Origin: Eledone cirrhosa | Taxonomy: Eukaryota | Length of the DNA stretch: 64,000 nucleotides | Reading direction: 5' to 3' | Assembly: GCA_964016885.1 (NCBI GenBank) | Contig: OZ024742.1 | Coordinates: 7,006,001 to 7,070,000 of the forward strand | Shown: positions 54,221 through 64,000 of the stretch, one piece after another | How the letters are laid out: each line of letters starts with the position of its first letter | How positions within the stretch are numbered: position 1 is the first letter of the stretch | The notes under the pieces: model-generated | Database searches by the model: none | What the model was told of the DNA's origin: nothing | What the model saw: the letters and a program-made list of their open reading frames with translations, nothing else | Made by a program: the position numbers and the translations under genes

Positions 54221-55091
54221 AAGAATTTAACGCAGCCTTTCTTTTTCATTCAGTTGAACTTTTATTGCCACATTGCCGGCCTTTTTTTTCGCAACTTACG
54301 AAAATAAAAAATATTCCTTTTAAAATTATCGAAAAATTAGTAGTATTTCAAAAACTTTTTGCTACACTCGACAACAACAACGACAGCAGCAGCAGCAGCG
54401 ACAACATTGTTTAACCACTGACCATAACAGGGAATAGTGAGTGGCAGCTTCATATCCTTACCGACCCAAACCACCACACATCGGAAATATCAAAACGATT
54501 CATTCGTGTCGATAATTTAGAGCAACTTATTTTTTATTCACTTGAATATTTCATTTCCGTTGCCAACTTTTTCGCAACATACAGAAGAAAAAAGAAAAAA
54601 GTGTATTTTTCCAAGGTGGCGTTGCGTTCCTTCCCAGTTTTGTAACGGACACATTTTTTGAATTGCGTGTGTGTTCCATGACTAGAGAGAAGAGACTAAA
54701 CTTTTTTTTGTGAACATAACTGCCCCGCATGGGGATATACATGCCTTACCTTTTTCTAAGGGATTTTTAGCCACTGGCTACCTTTGTTGATATCCAACGC
54801 GGATATAATTTAAAAAAACAAACATTTTTTTTTTCTCCTCTTTTTTTTTTACCTTATTTGATTTGGCTGGTTCGTTGAAGCAACACGAGGGGACAAACAT
54901 TGAAGGAAAATTTTTTTTTAAAAGATATATATATGTATTTTATGTATTTTTCATATTTCCTTATGTTTTGAATGTCTGTTTCTTTTTGCCCTTTAACTTT
55001 TTCTCAATAATGGCTGTTCTCTTTTCACTGTACAAGGGTACATTACTTGCTGTTTAGATATATATGTATATATTTTTTTATAAAAGTTAAC

Positions 55092-55777
55092 ATGAATGTG
55101 CCACATTTGCCCGCCTTTACTGGAAAACCTAAGATGTGGTTTGCCCAGTTACAGGCGTATTTTACGGTCTGTAAGATCGAATCTGACCAGCGCCTCGCTG
55201 TACTGATTAGCGGCGTTCCCCCTAATCTAGCAGATTCGGTCCAAGACCTAATTACAGACCCCCACCACCTCTGACTTAACGTATGAGTTTTTGAAGGGCG
55301 AGATTTTGAGGAGGAATTGTAAGTCGGTAGAGAGTCGTTTTCGGTCATTGATCGAGGACGAACGATTAGGTGACAGGACCCCTACCGCTTTTCTCCGGCA
55401 TTTGCGGGATTTGAGCGATTCCCAAGATCAGGATAGCCCTTTCCTGAAGCAATTGTTCTTCTCTCGCCTACCTCAAGAGGTACAGGCGATCCTAGCCCAT
55501 ATGCTAGAGGTGAATACCCTGGATCACATTGCTGTCTCTGCTGACAAAATTGTAGAGGTGACGAAGAGAGACACTTCGAAGCCAAAGTACGTTCCTTCCT
55601 CTTCTCTTCCTCAATCACGCTCATCAGCGTCTGATGACAAATTAATCACCACTATGGAAGCCATGACTCGTCAAATGGCGGAGTTGTGTACGGAATTCAG
55701 GTCCTTTGGACGGCAGAGGAGCCGCTCACGACGTTATTCAACTTCTCGCCACCGTAGCCCTTCCAACACACCAGGAT
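55092..55777 (+). pseudogene. Gypsy gag-like protein, disrupted
   Basis: LPAFTGKPKMWFAQLQAYF...(stop/frameshift)...LKGEILRR...LGDRTPTAFLRHLRDL...FFSRLPQEVQAIL...RSRSR, typical of invertebrate Gypsy gag. Confidence 0.8.
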
Positions 55778-55942
55778 TGTCACGTGATTGATTCTTTAGA
55801 ATCGGCCATATGACCAGTGGCAGTGTGAATCTTCAGTACCTGGAATCCAATCCTCGATAGCTGTTCCATTTAGCGAATTATTATTATTTTTATATGAGTC
55901 CCCAGTGTCCGCGCATTGCCTGGAGACTTGGCTGAGAATGAT

Positions 55943-56022
55943 CTCCCTGATGACGCAATGAAATTCTCAACAGTTCATTACGTAACTGTCTTTATCCCAT
56001 TGCAGAAACTAATTAGTTGGAG
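55943..56022 (+). ncRNA. Type I hammerhead ribozyme motif (copy 1)
   Basis: CTCC-CTGATGA-c-GCAATG...ACAGTT..AACTGT...CATTGC-a-GAAA-CTAATTAG-TT^GGAG, with a palindromic stem III (ACTAATTAGT). Confidence 0.85.
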
Positions 56023-56495
56023 TGAAAATTTAAGTAAGTAAGTTAATTTTTTTTTAATTTTTTTTAAAAATTTTCTTATTTTACGTCTTTTATATTATTG
56101 TTCTGCATCCTCCTGCACTGAACCACCTAGGTACTATGACATAACCTGTGTATTTGCTGGCATTAGCGTACATCTGTGCGCTTATGTTAGTAGATATATT
56201 AAATTATCTATATTTATCTCCAAATCACTGATTTGTCGAGCAAACCTGCCAAAACCACTTCTAAATTTTTTTTGGGGGTGTTAGTAGGCGTCTGTCATCT
56301 TACCATCCCATTCCTACTGACTAGCCTCTGTGTCACGTGATTGATTCTTTAGAATCGGCCATATGACCAGTGGCAGTGTGAATTTTCAGTACCTGGATTC
56401 CAGTCCTCGATAGCTGTTCCATTTACCGAATTATTATTATTTTTATATGAGTCCCCAGTGTCCGCGCATTGCCTGGAGACTTGGCTGAGAATGAT

Positions 56496-56575
56496 CTCCC
56501 TGATGACGCAATGAAATTCTCAACAGTTCATTACGTAACTGTCTTTATCCCATTGCAGAAACTAATTAGTTGGAG
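56496..56575 (+). ncRNA. Type I hammerhead ribozyme motif (copy 2)
   Basis: Same sequence as copy 1, 553 bp downstream. Confidence 0.85.
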
Positions 56576-56634
56576 TGAAAATTTAAGTAAGTTAATTTAA
56601 AAAAAAAATTTTTTTTTAATTTTCTTACTTTACG

Positions 56635-56645
<11 letters not shown>

Positions 56646-56726
<81 letters not shown>

Positions 56727-56769
56727 ATTTATATATATATATATATATATACATATATATGTATGTATA

Positions 56770-56850
<81 letters not shown>

Positions 56851-56851
56851 A

Positions 56852-56902
<51 letters not shown>

Positions 56903-56919
56903 ATATTTATATATATATT

Positions 56920-56952
<33 letters not shown>

Positions 56953-57153
56953 ATATTTATATCTATATATATCTATATATATATATGTATGTATATAATT
57001 ATATATATCTATATATATATATATATGTATGTATATATTTATATATATATATATATCTATATATATGTATGTATATATTTATATATCTATATATATCTAT
57101 ATATATGTACGTATATATTTACACATATATATATCTATATATATGTATGTATA

Positions 57154-57237
<84 letters not shown>
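56646..57237. repeat. Compound (TA)n microsatellite
   Basis: Direct reading. Confidence 0.97.
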
Positions 57238-57238
<1 letters not shown>

Positions 57239-57304
57239 GTTATTCCGGGTTGAATCGGAGGTAACCACAGTAAGTAAGGTACTCAATACATAGCAGAGTA
57301 TAAA

Positions 57305-58090
<786 letters not shown>

Positions 58091-58343
58091 TTAGTTTTGC
58101 GAGGTTTTTTATATGAAATCGTGTGTCTAAACAAATATTGTTATACTTGTGGAGGGTCATATTTGTGTGATATTGCCAGAATTAATAACAGAACACACTC
58201 ACTGTTTGGTTGGTTTTCGCTTCTCGCTTCTGTGTCTTTTATATCGGTAATCTAACTTACTCTGTCCTCAATGTTGCTATTGACTGACCGACGGTGAAAA
58301 ATAATACAGATACAATATAGACACAAACACATATATATAGTTT

Positions 58344-58385
58344 ATCATAAATCTTTCGTTGCACATTTGCAACATCGTCAGTGGT
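58344..58385 (-). ncRNA. Minimal type I hammerhead motif in the Penelope 3' repeat
   Basis: ACCA-CTGACGA-t-GTTGCA-aatg-TGCAAC-GAAA-GATT-TA^TGAT; stem I has one mismatch. Confidence 0.7.
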
Positions 58386-58633
58386 GTTATATTTTCCTCC
58401 TGTTGTATTGTATGTCTACGCCAATTTTTATTCAGTCTGTCTATATATTTATTTATTTATTTGCTTCTTTGTTTATTTTATTTTGTCTTCTTTGTGCATG
58501 CGTTTGCATGTGTGTATGGTGTTTTGTTTGCTGTGTAATGGGTGACTAGTGTGTGTTTATGTGCTTGTTGTTATTGTGCTTGTGTATGTATTTATTTATT
58601 TATTTACTTATTTATTTTATTTTATTTACTTAT

Positions 58634-60470
58634 TTATACTTCTCTTAGTTCAGTGTTGTTTGTTTGGGTGTTGTTGTTATTCCATTCATTCTTTCTGTTT
58701 AGCCTTGGTCTTCTAATTTCTATTTCACAGGCCTCTCTGATTTGCCTATGTGCTGGGTCGTTTCTATGTTTAGATATTATTCTAATTTCTATGTTGTCTA
58801 TGTTGCCGTCATGTTGTTGTCTAGCATGTTCGTATAGTACTGAACCGTCTTTTCGTCCTTTTAGTTCCCCCCAGTGTTGGTCTATCCTTTCACCTATGCT
58901 ACGAGCTGTCTCACCTATGTATGTTGTTGTTATGTTTTTGCAAGTACCCTCTGTACATCTTATGCTATAGATTACGTTTCTAGTTTTACAGTTTATCCGG
59001 GGGTTCACCTTACATATGATACATTTCCTATTTGTACAGTGGGTTTTCTTAAAAGGGTAGGTTTTGCTGATCAGGGATTTTATGGTGGTTCCTGGCTTTT
59101 CTACCACCTTTATTTTTAAGTGGGTCTTTCTCAGGGCCTTTCTACACTGGTTAGCTAATTTCCCTCCAGGAGTAGCGTCCACAAACATGACACTCTGGTA
59201 TCTCTGGTTGTCGTACCATGAGGTGGCTTTCCCTATCTTATGTCTAGCCCTATCTAAGCTATTCCATGATTTGCTCCTGTATAATGGGCAAATTCCTTTC
59301 ATGTTCAGTTCTATGAGGGTCTTATACTTTTCCATGGCTCCTTCGTATACTCTGACTCTGTCTCTTTGGTTGTAGCCAGAGAACTGCATGCGGTTGATGA
59401 AGTGTTGGATGTGTCTTTCCATTTCTGTTGGGTCGCACATGCGGGACACATTCTTCATCACTCGTACCAAATCTGCGATCAGAATATTAAACTTAGCACT
59501 ACTGGACATTGCTGAGTTTTTGAGTATCAGGTATTTGGAGGCCATGGGTTTAGCATAGTGTGGGTGGAGAATTTGGGCTCTCTCGTCTATAGTGTTAATC
59601 CAGAGTTCTGTGTCTAATACAGGTAGTCTATTGTTAGGGTGTTTGGAAGGGAAGTCTATAGTTACAGTTATACTCTGGTGTATGGAATTAGCTATCTGCT
59701 GGATGCTTTCCATCGTGCTACGTTCTAAATCAAACTTGTTAGTGCTCTCCAGTGGGGGTGTTCTTATAACTATATTGATATCGTCTACATAACGAGAGTA
59801 CATGATGAGGTCTATGGAGCTCTCATTAAAGAGATCTTTAAGTCTCCTTTCCCACCATACCATGAAAAGGTTGGCAACATCACCAGCTATGCTGACGCCG
59901 ATGGCTGCTCCCTCATTTTGGGTGTAGATCTTCTCGTTGAACTTAAATATGTGGCCCTTTAGGCTAGTTTTGATACTAGCCCCTATTGGATGTGCGACCA
60001 TTTTTCTTACCTGATCATTGTTTTGGGGGGTCCGTATAGCTTTGGTCCACCCAATCCACCTTCCCATGTGAGTCTTTTTTGCCATTGAGGTTATGGTGGT
60101 GGGTCTACCTCTTATAGGTCTACTAGGGCAGAAACATCTAAGGTTATGGCTGTCTAGGTAGTCAGTGTCGTAGGTAAGTCTAAGTAGGAGGCCCAGTTCG
60201 TCTGTGTCGACGTCGCAGAACTCCACCTCACTCTCAATGATCATCTCCACACATCTTTTGACAGCAAAATCAATGTTAATGGATGGGTACAGTGACACCA
60301 CATCCATGCTGCCTATTATGCAGTTGGATAGGCTCCTGTTTTTGTTGCACTCACTGATTCTGCTGAGGAGGTCCTCTGTACTGTCACATACATCTGGGGA
60401 CATCTTGATTATGGGGCGTATAACCATTGAGAGAAAGTAGGAGATCCTGTAGTTGCTAGCTATATTAGCT
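58634..60470 (-). CDS. Penelope-like reverse transcriptase + GIY-YIG endonuclease (N-terminally truncated, otherwise open)
   Basis: RT motifs SMDVVSLYPSI, YTQNEGAAIG, YSRYVDD, LPVLD; GIY-YIG motif NVIYSIRC...YIGETARSIGERIDQH...REACEI...LN. The listed ORF start (60520) lies in the inverted repeat and is not genuine. Confidence 0.92.
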
Positions 60471-60674
60471 GCGCATACACAAGCACAATAACAACAAGCA
60501 CATAAACACACACTAGTCACCCATCACACAGCAAACAAAACACTATACACACACGCAAACGCATGCGCAAAGAAGACAAAATAAAATAAGCAAAAAGCAA
60601 AGAAATAAAAAAATATATCGACAGACTGAATAAAAATGGCGTAGACATACAATACAACAGGAGGAAAATATCAA

Positions 60675-60715
60675 ACCACTGACGATGTTGCAGATGTGCA
60701 ACGAAAATTTATGAT
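60675..60715 (+). ncRNA. Minimal hammerhead motif in the inverted Penelope terminal copy (1-nt deletion in stem III)
   Basis: ACCA-CTGACGA-t-GTTGCA-gatg-TGCAAC-GAAA-ATT-TA-TGAT. Confidence 0.6.
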
Positions 60716-60924
60716 AAACTATATATATGTGTTTGTGTCTATATTGTATCTGTATTATTTTTCACCGTCGGTCAGTCAATGGCAACATTGAGGACCGAGT
60801 AAGTTAGATTACCGATATAAAAGACACAGAAGTGAGAAGCGAAAACCAACCAAACAGTGAGTGTGTTCTGTTATTAATTCTGGCAATATCACACAAATAT
60901 GACCCTCCACAAGTATAACAATAT

Positions 60925-61353
<429 letters not shown>

Positions 61354-62540
61354 CAAAAGTTTTATTTAAAATTGTTGGGTTACAACAAGTAAATATTTTA
61401 TAACTGATATAAAGCATTTGTTTAATATCGTATATCTACTCCGAAACTTGTTGAGTGCTTTATATCAGTTATAACATATAAAGTATGTATGTGTTGGTAT
61501 AGTTCTGGATATGTTACAGATATGCATAATATTCTATACATGAACGATAATCATGTATGTGAGGGCAGGAGTATTAATATATAATATATATTTTTTATGT
61601 ATATATATATATATAGTAAAATCTTTTATAACACAAGGGGAAACATTTTTTCCGTGAAACAAGAAATTACAGAGTTGATCACGTAAGATCATGGGTATGT
61701 CTATAGTATCAACTAGAACTTGAGATGACCTTCTCTTCTTCTCTTTCTTTCCTTTTCCGGAAAGTACATATATACTTATATATTTCCGTATTTTTTGAAG
61801 TTTTATCTCAGTTTTTGGTACATCGACCTCAGAATTTTAAACTAAACATATGGTCATTATTTTTCACACATTATATATCTATGTCTCATTCATGAATATT
61901 GATATTTACATTATAATACCCAATTCATATGAATTGATAATTCAAATTGATAGGACATAACGTAAAGATGTAAATCTATCATCCCTCTCTCTAGATATAG
62001 CTCTTTCTTCTCCTCCCTCTTTATATTTGATGAAGTGTAAGTATCGGTTATTTTAACTTTGCCTCTCGAGTTTCTCTCTTGTTTTCTCTCTTACTTCTCA
62101 CCTATTTCTCTCACCTCCTCATATATAATAATTATTATTATTTGGTCTACCTCTTTTTTCCCTCACCTCTATCTATCTGTCTCTCTCTCTCTGTTTTCTA
62201 TTCATTTTTTATTTCTCTCCGTCTCCTTAACACTATAACTAAATAAGTACAGTACTCCCTCCCTCCTAAATCTCTCAATTTGTATGATGAATTATTATTA
62301 TTCATCTGTTGCCTCAGCTGCATCTCTTTTTTCACCTCCTCACTATTTCTCTCTCCCCTATCTCTCTCTATTTCTCTCTGTTTTTCTTTACATACATTTC
62401 TTCTTTTTCTCCGTCTTTCTTTTTAACTGTGCTTAACACTAAATATTTATAAACATTTCACTACCAAACCAACTTCTTACATAAAAGTTGATCAATATTT
62501 ATGGTACGTCAAAATTATTTATAAAACTGTATATATATTG

Positions 62541-62607
62541 TATTTTATCTGAAGAAGGCATGCCATATTTTTAATATGGTAAACCCCGAAATATGTATAA
62601 TGAAATA
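62541..62607 (+). ncRNA. Type I hammerhead ribozyme motif
   Basis: Stem I TATTTTAT/ATGAAATA (8 bp), CTGAAGA at 62549-62555, stem II GG..GCCATATT-ttt-AATATGGT..CC, GAAA, quasi-palindromic TATGTA, triplet ATA. Confidence 0.75.
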
Positions 62608-62653
62608 AATATGGTTTTATAAATATAGTTTCCATTTGTTTAATATCGTATAT

Positions 62654-62818
62654 GTATGTATATATTTATATATATCTATATATATATCTATATATATGTA
62701 TGTATATATATATATATATATATATCTATATATATATATGTATGTATATATATGTATATATATCTCTATATATATATGTATGTATATATATGTATATATA
62801 TCTATATATATATATATG

Positions 62819-62887
<69 letters not shown>

Positions 62888-62908
62888 ATATTTATATATA
62901 TATATATA
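62654..62908. repeat. Compound (TA)n microsatellite
   Basis: Direct reading. Confidence 0.97.
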
Positions 62909-62936
62909 ATGTATAAAAATCAATACAATATAATTA

Positions 62937-63006
62937 CCTCATTACCAGAGGTTTCCCGAATGAGGCGAATACGAAAGAAACGTCTTCATTCGTTCGTCAG
63001 ACGAGG
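62937..63006 (-). ncRNA. Type I hammerhead ribozyme motif
   Basis: Minus strand: CCTCGT-CTGACGA-a-CGAATGA...TCATTCG-g-GAAA-CCTCTGG-TA^ATGAGG; all three stems pair. Confidence 0.85.
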
Positions 63007-64000
63007 CAATATAAAACATGGGTAAATACTTAGAAAAACTCATCAAGAAAATAAAAAAAAAGATATAGACAAATGAATTAGAAATTGAAATATATAAAAA
63101 TCTATCAAGAAATATAGTTAGGTGTGTGTATATGTATGTATATACGCTCACAGATGTGCATATATGTGTATGCACATATGTATACGTATAGTGAAAAAGT
63201 GTGTGTAAATCTAAAATTTAGGGCAAATGTATCTGTATGTCTGTAATCTACAGACAGAATAGTTACATCATAAGAATATGAATATGAAGGCGCGCGCATA
63301 AACAAACCTACACACACGTACACTTAGATGCGGAAGTAAAAGAAGTAAGGGAGTGTAATAATTAAAGGAAAGTATCAATCTCGATATATTTATAAAAATG
63401 TAACAATAAATTAGAAAGAAAAAATTGTAGAAAGAAAAAATTAAAGAAAAGAAGACAAAAAAAGGGTACATACATACACAGACACGCATGTCTCACAAAA
63501 GAAACGCAAAAATATACATGCTTATATACACACGCGCACTTACACATCCATACGTTCAATACGTACATACAGACACACACACACACATACTTACACTCAC
63601 GCATATTGCCCTTTTTCATGCACACGCATAAAAATGAGTAAGTAAAAAAAAAGGGGGGGTGAGAAGAAAAAAGGAACAAAACATAAAATCGAGATGTCAA
63701 AAACACGGATATAAAGACACATACACATACGCATAATATATACATACACACACACACACATATATACACACATATATATATATATATATACATACACGCA
63801 CGCGCGCGCACATACGTAGTCACTCATGTACATATATAAAAGTATACACACATTAAGGCGTTCAGCCATATTGATACAGGGTGTAAAAAACTTGTGGATA
63901 GTACAAATATAAAATTGTAAGATTGGCTGCGCAAAAATAAACAAATAAAAATAAAAATGAAAAATATATCTGGATTGAAAAACACAAAAGACATGTATCA

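Larger units (their letters stand above)
53972..55777 (+). mobile_element. Ty3/Gypsy LTR retrotransposon, 5' portion (LTR 53972-~54206, PBS, leader, gag), truncated
   Basis: Starts TGTAG, contains AATAAA, ends TGCTAAA (degenerate TACA), and is followed by a PBS and a gag-like ORF. Confidence 0.75.
55778..56645 (+). mobile_element. Retrozyme-like non-coding element: two ~315-bp direct repeats (55778-56095, 56331-56645; period 553 bp), each with a hammerhead
   Basis: Near-identical repeats starting TGTCACGTGATTGATTC, a unique spacer of about 235 bp, no ORF, and a 3' end running into (TA)n. Confidence 0.8.
58093..60924 (-). mobile_element. Penelope-like retroelement, 5'-truncated, with an inverted terminal copy (58135-58588 vs 60474-60924)
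   Basis: RT + GIY-YIG ORF, an inverted pLTR-like duplication, hammerhead motifs in both terminal copies, and (TA)n on both flanks. Confidence 0.93.

Noticed and set aside
60471-60520. MTSVCLCACCYC... as the true start of the Penelope protein
   Set aside because: It derives from the inverted terminal copy (the same peptide appears at 58542 on the plus strand); the real N-terminus is missing.

Overview
This is a eukaryotic, repeat-only window with no recognisable host gene. The (TA)n density, SINE and TE types suggest an animal, possibly a cephalopod (inference only). Bases 1-34427 are a 40-bp satellite array (about 860 monomers) with higher-order block duplications. The remaining 30 kb is a nest of transposons: (i) two Tx1/L1-type LINE copies inserted at the same phase of a 33-bp minisatellite; (ii) two Helitron derivatives, one retaining Pif1-helicase motifs; (iii) an RTE LINE with a 13-bp TSD whose coding sequence has expanded into a 12x65-bp minisatellite; (iv) an APE-endonuclease LINE fragment; (v) a Gypsy 5' LTR with a tRNA-Trp-like PBS and gag; (vi) a Penelope-like element (RT + GIY-YIG) with an inverted terminal copy. 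The most striking signal is absent from the ORF track. Between about 50.6 and 63 kb there are eight type I hammerhead ribozyme motifs from five unrelated sequence families, plus partial cores. All lie near (TA)n tracts and several have very long stem II extensions. One pair sits in 553-bp-period direct repeats, a retrozyme-like layout. All RNA folds were derived by eye and none was computed.
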